From the IMG/VR virus record IMGVR_UViG_3300036790_000419, positions 64,001-128,000 of that record: DNA of 64,000 nucleotides. One strand, given 5' to 3'. This document shows, piece by piece, positions 18,862 through 27,274 of this stretch; position 1 is the stretch's first letter; each line of letters starts with the position of its first letter. Source of the DNA: a virus. The notes under the pieces were generated by a model. The model was given only the letters and a program-made list of their open reading frames with translations. It did not search any database and was not told where the DNA came from. The position numbers and the translations under genes are program-made.

Positions 18862-20397
18862 ATGGCGGGAGCCCTGGAGCTGCTGGAGGCCGAGCACGAG
18901 ACGCGCGAGGCGCACGGGCACCTCATGCGCGAGTGCCCGTGGTACCAGCACGTCGCCAAGGGCGGCCGGGACCATCCTGACCTGCATTGCAGGCCCGCAA
19001 CAGGTGGTGAGGGCGGCGCGCTGGTCAAGTTCACCCCGCGCACCCCGGAGGCGTCCACGGTCGTCAAGCCGACGGTGCCCCCGGGCGGCCCCGGCCTGTT
19101 CCACATGAAGGGCCATCATCTTCCCGCCTACGTGGAGCACCTGTACCCGCACCTGGTAGCCAGGTACGGCAAGCAGGAGGCGTACAAAGTTGCCGTCGGG
19201 GTGGTCAAGAAATGGGCAGCGGGCGTCAACCCGGGCGGTAAGCGCCCGACGAAGACGCATCCCGATGTCCGGGCCGCCGCCGCGAAGAACGTGGCCGAGT
19301 GGGAGAAAGAGAAAGCCGAGGCGCACGAGCACCGTGCCGCCACCTCGGCCGTCGAGCTGGCGGTGGCGACCGCTCCGGGTGCGCGCCCGTTCCTCCTGCC
19401 GTCGCCACCTGGCGGACGGTATTCCCAGTACGGGATGTACCAGAACCCGGTGCAGGCCGTCAGTCCCAGCCCGCCGCTGCCGCCGGCCGTGACCCTGCCG
19501 ACCGCGGCCGAGGTGCGCGCGGTCATCCCGCTGGTGCCTGACTGCAGCGATGCCAGCCTGTCGGCGACCGCGCGCAAGTTCCTGGAGCAGGCCGCCTGGA
19601 AGCTGAACAAGGACGACCCGCTCGCGGCCCTCGCCGTGATGCGCAGCGCCGAGACGGCCCTGTACGCCGCGCACAAGGCCGACCAGGGGAACATGCTGCC
19701 CTCGGCTTACACCGCCAACGTGTTCACCCGCGTCCCGCCGGCCGCCCAGTCGTCGGCGACCACGGTGATGAAGCAGGGCTACGACAAGATGCTGGCGTGG
19801 CGGAAGGCGGAGCAGGCGCTGGGCGCGCTGTCCGACCGCATCCGCAAGCGGTACTTCCACGGTGTTTTCTCGGGCCCTTCGCAGATGGCCCGGATGACGG
19901 AGGGTGACATGAGCGCACTGGACAAGCTCGCGCTGGCCGTGGTGACGGGCAAGGACGTCTCCGAGCCCGCGGAGTCCGACACCTCGGGCGCGGCGCCGCT
20001 CATCCAGCCGCCCGAGGACCTGCTGAACATCACCGACCCGGACGCGTCGCGCGAGCTGGCCGCGCTGCCCGTGCTCGACAAGGCACGGGTGAGTGCCTAC
20101 CTGGCCAGGGCCCGGGACATGCGCCGCACCAACCCGGCCGGGGCCGCCCAGTCCGCGATGCGGGCCGCCATGGTCGCGAAGGAGTCCGGGGCGCACGACC
20201 TGGCCCGGCACATCCGCCACCACGTCCAGGCGCTGGCTGACACGGGCAACATGACCGTCACCGCGGACGCCGCCGGGCGGATGCAGGCCGGCGGGAAGGC
20301 CGTCAGCCCGCGTGACAGCCCGGGGCCGTCCTCCGACAACCCGAACGGCCCGGCGAAGCTGAGCGCGGTGGACGCGCTGCTCGCCGCTGCCCGGTAG
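18862..20397 (+). CDS. Hypothetical late (virion-associated?) protein
   Basis: gCGATTA-N7-ATG start; LPAYVEHL...VKKWAAG...HPDVRAAAAK. Confidence 0.7.
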   Translation: MAGALELLEAEHETREAHGHLMRECPWYQHVAKGGRDHPDLHCRPATGGEGGALVKFTPRTPEASTVVKPTVPPGGPGLFHMKGHHLPAYVEHLYPHLVARYGKQEAYKVAVGVVKKWAAGVNPGGKRPTKTHPDVRAAAAKNVAEWEKEKAEAHEHRAATSAVELAVATAPGARPFLLPSPPGGRYSQYGMYQNPVQAVSPSPPLPPAVTLPTAAEVRAVIPLVPDCSDASLSATARKFLEQAAWKLNKDDPLAALAVMRSAETALYAAHKADQGNMLPSAYTANVFTRVPPAAQSSATTVMKQGYDKMLAWRKAEQALGALSDRIRKRYFHGVFSGPSQMARMTEGDMSALDKLALAVVTGKDVSEPAESDTSGAAPLIQPPEDLLNITDPDASRELAALPVLDKARVSAYLARARDMRRTNPAGAAQSAMRAAMVAKESGAHDLARHIRHHVQALADTGNMTVTADAAGRMQAGGKAVSPRDSPGPSSDNPNGPAKLSAVDALLAAAR

Positions 20398-20440
20398 TCC
20401 GATTACCCGGAGCGGAATCCGCACGCTCCCGGGAGGCACG

Positions 20441-21253
20441 GTGTCACTGGATAAGATCCTCGCCCTGGCTGGGGCTGTCCCCGAGGCCCCGGACCTGGAC
20501 GCTGAGCTGCTGCTCGCTGTCCAGGTGGCGAGCGGGGAGCTGGCCCTGCTGCTGGCGTCCGATGACGACAGCGGCGATGAAGACCGAGGCCGCGGGGACA
20601 AGTCCGGCAAAGACGGCGACGACGAGGACAGCAGCGGCGGAGAGCATTCTGGCCACGCTACCTACAAGGCGATGGTCAAGAGGAACATCCCGCCGAAGAG
20701 GGCCGCGGCGATGTGCGCCAAGTCAGACAAGAACGTCAAGGCCTCCCAGCTGGCGAATTCGCTGGCGGTGCTGCTGGCCGGCGAGCCGGGCCGGGACATC
20801 TCGCTGGTCACCCTTACCCCGGACAGCGAGACCGCCGAAGGGCGCAAGAAGGCCGCCTCCTCCGGGCATGCCCTGGCCGACGGGTCATATCCAATAGAGG
20901 ACAAGAAGCACCTGCACTCGGCCGCGGTGCTCGCTGCTTCCGGGCACGGCAACGCCTCGGCCGCCAAGGCGCTGATCCGCAAGCGGGCCAGGGAGCTGGG
21001 GGTGGACGTGAACACGCTGCCCGGGTTCGGGGGGTCCGGCAAGGAGAACGACAAGGCCGCCGCGTCGATGGTGGCCCTGGCCAAGCAGGCGGGCGGCGGG
21101 GTCGCGATGCACCACGCGCCGATGACCGGCACCCACAGCCACGCGCACGCGGTCGGCGCGACGCACGAGCACGACCACCAGCACTTCGGCGACAACAACC
21201 ACAGCGGCGGCCCGCTGCACCGTCCGGGCTCCGAGCCGCGAAGGGACTGGTAA
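20441..21253 (+). CDS. Hypothetical late protein with DGSYPI domain and His-rich tail
   Basis: CCGATTA at 20399; SD gggagg. Confidence 0.75.
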   Translation: MSLDKILALAGAVPEAPDLDAELLLAVQVASGELALLLASDDDSGDEDRGRGDKSGKDGDDEDSSGGEHSGHATYKAMVKRNIPPKRAAAMCAKSDKNVKASQLANSLAVLLAGEPGRDISLVTLTPDSETAEGRKKAASSGHALADGSYPIEDKKHLHSAAVLAASGHGNASAAKALIRKRARELGVDVNTLPGFGGSGKENDKAAASMVALAKQAGGGVAMHHAPMTGTHSHAHAVGATHEHDHQHFGDNNHSGGPLHRPGSEPRRDW

Positions 21254-21255
21254 CC

Positions 21256-21438
21256 GTGTTCGGCTGGCTGTCCTCGCTGTTCTTCGCCATCGCGTTCATC
21301 CTGTACGCGGCCAAGGCCGGCACCTCGCTGCCCTGGACCCCGGAGGGCTTCACGATCCTCGGCCTGCTGTGCCTGGCCCTGCACGTGGCGTTCTGGTGGT
21401 ACCCGGTCGGCCGCCGCCCCGGGCCGCCGGTCGCGTGA
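21256..21438 (+). CDS. 60-aa two-TM membrane protein (holin candidate)
   Basis: Two hydrophobic segments, basic C-terminus. Confidence 0.65.
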   Translation: MFGWLSSLFFAIAFILYAAKAGTSLPWTPEGFTILGLLCLALHVAFWWYPVGRRPGPPVA

Positions 21439-23402
21439 CCGCCGCCGGCGCGGCTGCCGCGGCCCTGCTCGGGTCGTCCGGCGGCGCGGGCACGTCCGCT
21501 ACCGGGCCCGGCATCTTCGAGGAGGAGCCGGTCCCGCTTGACGTCTTCGTCCGGGACCGGGCCTACCTGGCCAACCCGCCGCTGAGCGAGGTCCAGTACG
21601 AGGCGGTCCGGCACGCTGAGCGGGTCTACTACCTGCCGACCTACGAGCTGCTGGCGGCCAGCGCCGACAAGGAGGTGAGGAACTACTGGTCGCAGCCGAC
21701 GCGCATGGTCAACTTCCTGGAGCTGGAGTGGGGGAAGGGCGGGGGCAAGGACCACACCTGCCGGATGATCGCCATGCGGGTCTGCTACCTGCTGCTGTGC
21801 CTGAAGTCCCCGCAGGATTACTACCAGATGCCCGAGCAGGATTCGATTCACGTCCTGAATGTCGCATCATCTTCGAAGCAGGCCCAGCGCGCGTTCTTCG
21901 CCCCCATGCGCCGCGCGGTGCAGCGGCCGGGCTGCTGGTTCCAGCGCAAGGCCGGCATCGACATCATCGACGCCGCCGCCCGCCAGCAGCGCGGCGCCCG
22001 CGGGGAGCGCACCGTCACGCTGCTGGACACCATCCGGTTCGAGCACAACATCGAGGCTGTCTCCGGCCACTCCGACGCCGACAGCCAGGAGGGGCTCAAC
22101 CTCATCCTCGGCATCGCCGACGAGATCGACGCGTTCCGCTCGGCCGCGGAGCTGGCTCGCAACGCCTCGGCCAAGCAGCGCGAGTCGTCCTCCTCGGCCG
22201 AGGCGATCCTCGACATGATCCGGACCAGTGCCACCACCCGGTTCCCGGAGACCTTCAAGAACGTGCACATCTCCTACCCGCGCTACCTGGGCAGCACCAT
22301 CCAGCAACTGGTCGCCAAGGGCAAGGCTGACAACGAGGCGCGCGGTGAGCGGAGCCGCTACTACGTGTCCGGCCCGCTGGCTACCTGGGAGGCCAATCCC
22401 CGCATCAGCGGGAAAGAGGCGTTCGCGGAGGACTACGAGAAGGACCCGGCGCTGGCCGAGGCGAAGTACGAGTGCAAGCCGCGCCGCGCGATTAACCCGT
22501 ACTTCGCCAACGAGGAGGCCATCCGCGACTGCCTGGTGGAGTACGCCCAGCCGCCGGTGAGCGTGGCCTACGTGCGCGAGGGCGCGACCTGGAGGCCGCT
22601 CTACACCTTCAGCCCCGGGTTCTTCCCGGTCAAGGGTGCCTTGTACGCCATGCACGCTGACCTGGCGGCCACCGGCGACCGGGCCGGCGTGACGATGGCG
22701 CACGTCAAGCGCTGGCAGGACCACGCCCTTGTCGGCTACGACGAGGAAGGCCTGGAGATCAAGGTCCAGGAGCGCCGCCCGGTGGTGAAAGCCGACTTCA
22801 CCATCAGCTACGAGGCGGACGCCGGCGCGAGGCCGCCGATGGAGATCCAGATTCGCTGGGCGAGGATGTTGTGCCTTGAGCTGCGCCGGATGGGATTTCC
22901 GGTAGTTTTCTTCTCATTCGATCAGTGGCAGTCAAAAGACTCCATGCAGATCCTGGAATCGCACGGAATAGAGACTGACCGGTTCTCCACCGACGTGTCC
23001 GAGGAGGGCTGGCGGACGCTGCGGGACGTCATGTACGAGGGCCGCCTGGAGATGCCCGCGCGCGAGCTGACCGTCATCGAGCTGCTCGGGCTGTCGCGGC
23101 TGCCGAACGGCAAGATCGACCACCTGGGTGACAGCTCCAAGGACGAGGCCGACTCCCTGGCCGGCGCGGTTTCCGGCGCGCTGAGGACCGGCGGCCAGGA
23201 GGACGCGAGCGGCAAGCGCGCCTACCCCGGCCAGGCCTCGTTCTACGGCCCGGCCGCTGAGATCCCCTCCCCGGCTGGAATGCCCGCGGCGATGTCAGTG
23301 CTCGGCCCGGATAACTTCATGCCGGCGGACCGCCCCGGCATGGAGTACGGCAGCAGCTACCTGGACGACTGGGGCTCGGCCAGCGGGGACTACCAGCAGT
23401 AA
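21435..23402 (+). CDS. terL: Terminase large subunit
   Basis: WGKGGGKD Walker A, IADEID Walker B, HADLA, SFDQWQS, KIDH...KDEADS. Confidence 0.9.
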   Translation: MTAAGAAAAALLGSSGGAGTSATGPGIFEEEPVPLDVFVRDRAYLANPPLSEVQYEAVRHAERVYYLPTYELLAASADKEVRNYWSQPTRMVNFLELEWGKGGGKDHTCRMIAMRVCYLLLCLKSPQDYYQMPEQDSIHVLNVASSSKQAQRAFFAPMRRAVQRPGCWFQRKAGIDIIDAAARQQRGARGERTVTLLDTIRFEHNIEAVSGHSDADSQEGLNLILGIADEIDAFRSAAELARNASAKQRESSSSAEAILDMIRTSATTRFPETFKNVHISYPRYLGSTIQQLVAKGKADNEARGERSRYYVSGPLATWEANPRISGKEAFAEDYEKDPALAEAKYECKPRRAINPYFANEEAIRDCLVEYAQPPVSVAYVREGATWRPLYTFSPGFFPVKGALYAMHADLAATGDRAGVTMAHVKRWQDHALVGYDEEGLEIKVQERRPVVKADFTISYEADAGARPPMEIQIRWARMLCLELRRMGFPVVFFSFDQWQSKDSMQILESHGIETDRFSTDVSEEGWRTLRDVMYEGRLEMPARELTVIELLGLSRLPNGKIDHLGDSSKDEADSLAGAVSGALRTGGQEDASGKRAYPGQASFYGPAAEIPSPAGMPAAMSVLGPDNFMPADRPGMEYGSSYLDDWGSASGDYQQ

Positions 23403-23405
23403 GAA

Positions 23406-23435
23406 AGGGAGGCTGGCCCGCGGGCCAGCCTCCCT
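23406..23435 (+). terminator. 30-bp perfect palindrome / terminator hairpin
   Basis: agggaggctggcccg|cgggccagcctccct. Confidence 0.6.
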
Positions 23436-23573
23436 CGCTTCGCCATCTGCCCATGCCCGCCCGTGCGACCGGAAAGGCACTTCCAGTGTGCAGCCTCCGG
23501 AGGCCGTTGTCGCCCGCGCGAACGATTCCGAACGAAGGAAAACGCCCGCGTACGGAACTGGTAGGTTCCGGTC

Positions 23574-23777
23574 GTGCCGTGGTTCCGCCGCAAGCCGTTC
23601 CGGCTCCTGTGCCCGTACTGCGGCAGCTGCTTCTTCTGGGCCCGGGTCAGCCTGGCACGCAAGGGGTACGACCGGCCCCCGGCCATCACCTCGCTGCGCT
23701 ATGACCTGACGTGTGACGATTGCGGCTTCGTGGCCGATTACCAGGATTTCATTGACCAGCACCGGGGCTGGCTGTGA
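23574..23777 (+). CDS. Small zinc-ribbon protein
   Basis: CPYC...CDDC. Confidence 0.55.
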   Translation: MPWFRRKPFRLLCPYCGSCFFWARVSLARKGYDRPPAITSLRYDLTCDDCGFVADYQDFIDQHRGWL

Positions 23778-24055
23778 GTATCCCGTTCGAGGCACTGGTT
23801 GAGTACGCGGCCGGCCTTGCCGAGGAGGACATGGAGGAGGGCCTGGACCAGCTCGCGGCGCGGGCCGGGACCGTGCCCGGGCGGCTGGCCGACGCGATGG
23901 TCGCGGCCAGGCTGGTGCGGCTGAACCCGGCGGAGGTCCGCGCGTCCGTGCACCCGGCGGTCCGCAGGGCGGTGGAGGCCGACCGGGGCGGGGTGGCTAG
24001 CGGCGCCGCGGCCAGCCTCTTTACCCAGCCAGAAATTCCCCTGGATTTAGCTTGA
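23774..24055 (+). CDS. Hypothetical protein
   Basis: GTGA overlap with upstream gene. Confidence 0.45.
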   Translation: MSIPFEALVEYAAGLAEEDMEEGLDQLAARAGTVPGRLADAMVAARLVRLNPAEVRASVHPAVRRAVEADRGGVASGAAASLFTQPEIPLDLA

Positions 24056-24084
24056 CACCAGTCAAGCAGGGTAGTAACGTAGTA
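24051..24084 (+). promoter_or_regulatory. tRNA-array promoter: sigA-type with perfect operator, plus CGTAGTA element
   Basis: TTGACA-17-TAACGT; CTTGAC-acca-GTCAAG 24051-24066; CGTAGTA 24078-24084. Confidence 0.78.
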
Positions 24085-24302
24085 GCTACCCGGGATGCGA
24101 CCCAACCAGCCGCACCCGGGGTTCACCGCAAAGAACTGGCGCGGGTTAGGCCCGCTCCGCTACCGTAAGGATCATGATGTCAAGGTCATCGAGTAAGCAG
24201 TGGCAGCGAGGGCACGAGCCCTTCGCAGCCGCCGTGCTGCCCGAAGACAACTGCATCCCGGCGAACAAGGCGGTCGTTGTGTAGCGGCCAACCTGCACCA
24301 GC

Positions 24303-24339
24303 AGACCGCCTCGGGAGAAGCCTCCTGAAGGCGGTTTTT
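24303..24339 (+). terminator. Terminator-like hairpin in the tRNA leader
   Basis: agaccgcctcgggag/ctcctgaaggcggtt plus T-run. Confidence 0.5.
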
Positions 24340-24357
24340 AGTTGGACAACTCAACAT

Positions 24358-24430
24358 AGGGACGTAGTTCAGCGGCCAGAACGGCAGCTTCCAACACTGC
24401 GCGCCGGGGGTTCGAGTCCTCCCGTCCCTG
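24358..24430 (+). tRNA. tRNA-Trp(CCA)
   Basis: Cloverleaf, loop ttCCAac, C31:A39, G73. Confidence 0.8.
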
Positions 24431-24728
24431 CGACCGTCAGCAACGGCGAGAGCCCGCGCAGGCGCATGTCAATGCAGCTTGAGAACTCCACAGCGTGAGC
24501 ATCAGCGGCGGGCGCCATCCCGTCGCACATGACTGGCAGCCGGGTGCGCTCACACCGTGCCCGGCTGCCGATCAACGCCCGGTTCACGGCATGCCGTGAC
24601 GATGGGCAAGCACCGTGCCGTCCGCCGGCCTCCGGGCTCGCGTTCCACCGTAGGGGTGTGCGGCCTGGCTCCGGCCAGGTGGCGGCGGTACTTGGTGTCA
24701 AGAGTTTTTGCACGATATGCAAAGCAAT

Positions 24729-24801
24729 GGGGCCTTAGCTCAGCTGGTAGAGCATCTGCTCGGCAGACAGAAGGTCGGGGGTTCGATCCCCCCAGGCTCC
24801 A
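24729..24801 (+). tRNA. tRNA-Ala(GGC)
   Basis: G3:U70, loop tcGGCag (C33), C31:A39. Confidence 0.85.
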
Positions 24802-24803
24802 CA

Positions 24804-24874
24804 GCGGCGGGTTGCCGGTTCGAATCCGGTCCGGTCCACGCATGGGCTGGTAGCTCAAATGGACAGAGTGTCGC
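24804..24874 (+). ncRNA. Circularly permuted tRNA-like element (YrlA-like)
   Basis: T arm, then loop-closed acceptor helix, then D arm. Confidence 0.75.
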
Positions 24875-24878
24875 ATCT

Positions 24879-24951
24879 GGGGACGTAGCTCAGCTGGTAG
24901 AGCAGCCGCCTCGCAAGCGGCGTGTCGCGGGTTCGATTCCCGCCTTCTCCA
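24879..24951 (+). tRNA. tRNA-Ala(CGC)
   Basis: G3:U70, loop ctCGCaa. Confidence 0.9.
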
Positions 24952-25107
24952 CTTAGGGCACTACTGCCGCGCGTCGGCCGGCGCAAGGCGAGAGAGGGCA
25001 GCTGACCTCTCTGGTGCCTTACCGTTCACCCGTGCGGTAAAACCGGGGACCAGCGGAGCCGAATGTCCGGGGCACCGGGCTGAGGGTGGGGTAAGCCTCC
25101 GCAACAT

Positions 25108-25185
25108 CGGGGTGTGGCGCAGCTTGGCTAGCGCGCTACGTTCGGGACGTAGAGGTCGTGAGTTCAAATCTCACCACTCCGACCA
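25108..25185 (+). tRNA. tRNA-Pro(CGG)
   Basis: Loop ttCGGga, CCA encoded. Confidence 0.92.
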
Positions 25186-25245
25186 GGATCTCAATGGCTC
25201 AAGTGAGGCGGCAGTAAAGGGCCACGCCCTGCCGGAGATCCGTAA

Positions 25246-25317
25246 CGGGATGTAGTTCAGTGGAAGAGCGCCTGGTTTGGGACCAGGATGTCGCGGGTTC
25301 GAGCCCTGCCATCCCGA
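25246..25317 (+). tRNA. tRNA-Pro(TGG)
   Basis: Loop ttTGGga. Confidence 0.92.
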
Positions 25318-25319
25318 CT

Positions 25320-25390
25320 GCTGGTCAGAGCCGCGTGGCGTGCGGGCCCTTAGCGGGGCACTCAGGGTTCGAGTCCCTGCCTGGTCAGCC
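25320..25390 (+). ncRNA. Degenerate tRNA-like element with shrunken anticodon arm
   Basis: Long terminal helix gctggtcag/ctggtcagc, intact T arm caggg-ttcgagt-ccctg. Confidence 0.5.
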
Positions 25391-25466
25391 GCTCCGGTAA
25401 TAGGGACGCCAGCAGCGGACGCGCGCTGGCGGTCGGTGAAACCCCGTTGCGAATCCGGAGCACCCT

Positions 25467-25539
25467 GGGGCCTTAGCTCAGATGGCAGAGCGCCCGGTTG
25501 AAACCCGGAAGGTCGGAGTCTCGGAATCTCCAGGTCCCG
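25467..25539 (+). tRNA. tRNA-Phe(GAA), aberrant T loop
   Basis: Loop ttGAAac, C27:A43, T loop tctcggaat. Confidence 0.7.
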
Positions 25540-25553
25540 CGCAGTAACACAAT

Positions 25554-25626
25554 GGGGATGTGGCCGAACGGTTACAGGCACTTGCCTTCCAAGCAAGCTA
25601 CGCGGGTTCGACCCCCGTCATCCCCT
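25554..25626 (+). tRNA. tRNA-Gly(TCC)
   Basis: Loop ctTCCaa, U73. Confidence 0.9.
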
Positions 25627-25754
25627 CTGGTACGGGCCGGACTCATACTCCGGTTGCGTGCAAGTAACCGGTCCGCGGCTGTCGGGCTGCGGACCGGGAG
25701 CGCCTGGGCTGCCCGGAGGGGCCGACACCCTCTCCGGGGGCACCAGTACTCAAT

Positions 25755-25826
25755 GCGCCGCGAGCATGTACGGCTATGCAGCGGACTCTTAATCCACGGA
25801 ACGGGGTTCAAGTCCCTGGCGGCGCA
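25755..25826 (+). tRNA. tRNA-Lys(CTT)
   Basis: Loop ctCTTaa, C28:A42. Confidence 0.85.
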
Positions 25827-25870
25827 CTTCACCTGGCTTCGCCGATTTTCGGCAGAGTTCGGTGTTATTC

Positions 25871-25945
25871 GGGCGAGTAGAGCAACCTGGCAGACCCTCC
25901 GCTCCCAAAAAGCGGGATGTGCGGGTTCGAATCCCGCCTCGCCCA
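25871..25945 (+). tRNA. tRNA with CAA anticodon (Leu), short variable loop
   Basis: Loop ccCAAaa (C33), no variable arm. Confidence 0.7.
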
Positions 25946-26049
25946 CGCCGGCTGGCAAGGCCGTCCTGCGAATCCTTGCCCGGCCTCTCCTGTGGGGAGA
26001 GCAAAGGCCGTTACAGGAGGGGGAGAAAAGGCCCCTCCCGTCAATTCAG

Positions 26050-26122
26050 TGGGGTATGGCGCAATTGGCAGCGCAGGTGCGTCTGGTGCACAAGGTTCTA
26101 GGTTCGAGTCCTGGTACCCCAG
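26050..26122 (+). tRNA. tRNA-Gln(CTG)
   Basis: U1-A72, loop gtCTGgt. Confidence 0.88.
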
Positions 26123-26125
26123 CGA

Positions 26126-26198
26126 GCTGGAGAATGCGGGTTCGAATCCTGCCCGGCGAGAGAGATCTCGCCGGTGGCTTAATCGGCAAAGCGCCAGC
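26126..26198 (+). ncRNA. Circularly permuted tRNA-like element (YrlA-like)
   Basis: T arm, acceptor helix closed by GAGA tetraloop, D arm, gctgg/ccagc closing stem. Confidence 0.8.
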
Positions 26199-26234
26199 AA
26201 CCCCGGGCACGGACGGTATCCCGGCCCGGGGCCC

Positions 26235-26308
26235 GCCCTTGTAGCTCATCTGGCAAGAGCGCCCGCCCCGTAAGCGGAAGGTCCCGCGTTCGACTCGCGG
26301 CAAGGGCT
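26235..26308 (+). tRNA. tRNA-Thr(CGT)
   Basis: Loop ccCGTaa (C33), C27:A43. Confidence 0.85.
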
Positions 26309-26419
26309 CGTAGTGTCCCGCCGAAGGCGTCACAGGCCCTCATGCCGGCTCCGTTCCAGGTGCCGTGCGGGGTTCGAGTTCTGCTCGTTTCTCCCTCGAT
26401 CGCGCGTCGCGATCATTAT

Positions 26420-26493
26420 GCCCGGATAGCTCAGACGGCGAGAGCGTATCCCCGGTACGGATGAGGCCCCGAGTTCGATTCTCGGTCCGGGCT
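26420..26493 (+). tRNA. tRNA-Thr(GGT)
   Basis: Loop ccGGTac (C33). Confidence 0.85.
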
Positions 26494-26504
26494 CGCAAGT
26501 TCAC

Positions 26505-26578
26505 GCGGATGTAGCTCAGTTGGTTAGAGCGTGACGTTGCCAACGTCAAGGTCGCCGGTTCGAGTCCGGTTATCCGCT
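26505..26578 (+). tRNA. tRNA-Gly(GCC)
   Basis: Loop ttGCCaa. Confidence 0.93.
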
Positions 26579-26579
26579 C

Positions 26580-26662
26580 GGGTGAGTGGCGTAATGGCAG
26601 CCGCGCACGGTTCAGGCCCGTGTGTCCGCAAGGACGTGAGGGTTCAAGTCCCTCCTCGCCTA
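26580..26662 (+). tRNA. tRNA-Leu(CAG)
   Basis: Loop ttCAGgc, variable arm. Confidence 0.92.
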
Positions 26663-26772
26663 CTTCGAGGTTGTCCACCGTGGCCGCGGGCCGCTGCGCC
26701 TGCCGTGCGAGAGCACGGGTTCCAGGACGGCGGTTAGTTTCCCTGCTAGCGGGAGCGAACGGTGACCTACAC

Positions 26773-26856
26773 GGACGCGTGGCTCAGTGGCTACAGCAGC
26801 GCCCTGCTAAGGCGTACAGGGGTAACCCTGCGGAGGTTCGAGTCCTCCCGCGTCCG
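26773..26856 (+). tRNA. tRNA-Ser(GCT)
   Basis: Loop ctGCTaa, variable arm. Confidence 0.92.
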
Positions 26857-26941
26857 CTTCTGCGCCGGATACCAGCCGAGTCCGTCAGGTGGTGACGCAG
26901 GCGCAGTGCCCGTGGGGGACGGCAACCCGCGACGGGCGCCC

Positions 26942-27029
26942 GGAAGCGTAAGTCGAGCCGGCCTACCGACAGCGGTCCCGAAAACCGTGAGGGGTAACTC
27001 CCGTGTGGGTTCGAGTCCCACCGCTTCCT
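26942..27029 (+). tRNA. tRNA-Ser(CGA)
   Basis: Loop ccCGAaa (C33), variable arm. Confidence 0.85.
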
Positions 27030-27196
27030 CCGCACATGATTGAGGCGGCACCCACGGGCCGCTTGCGGGTACCGCCTCAATGTGTAATCAGCCAGGCTGG
27101 TGATCCAGTCCAGAAGGAAGGAACCACGTGCCTTTACGAGCAGCCTAGTTTACTGCTCGCGTTCGCAAGCATACGCACAGTCACAGTGATTGTCGA

Positions 27197-27273
27197 GGGC
27201 GGGTAGCTCAGCAGGTTGGAGCACTTCCCTGATAAGGAAGAGGCCGCTGGTTCGATCCCAGCCTCGCCCACCA
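27197..27273 (+). tRNA. tRNA-Ile(GAT)
   Basis: Loop ctGATaa, CCA encoded. Confidence 0.93.
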
Positions 27274-27274
27274 C

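Noticed and set aside
23734-23740. CCGATTA inside the 23574 ORF
   Set aside because: No start codon at the +7 spacing; may be chance
24431-24727. tmRNA
   Set aside because: No tRNA-Ala-like ends with T arm enclosing a tag reading frame
25320-25390. Selenocysteine or suppressor tRNA
   Set aside because: No TCA or CTA anticodon in a 7-nt loop and no separate variable arm
25391-25464. Cobalamin riboswitch (taataggga...ggtgaaa)
   Set aside because: Lacks the GCCACTG/B12-box elements and a downstream gene; kept only as a tRNA-like RNA
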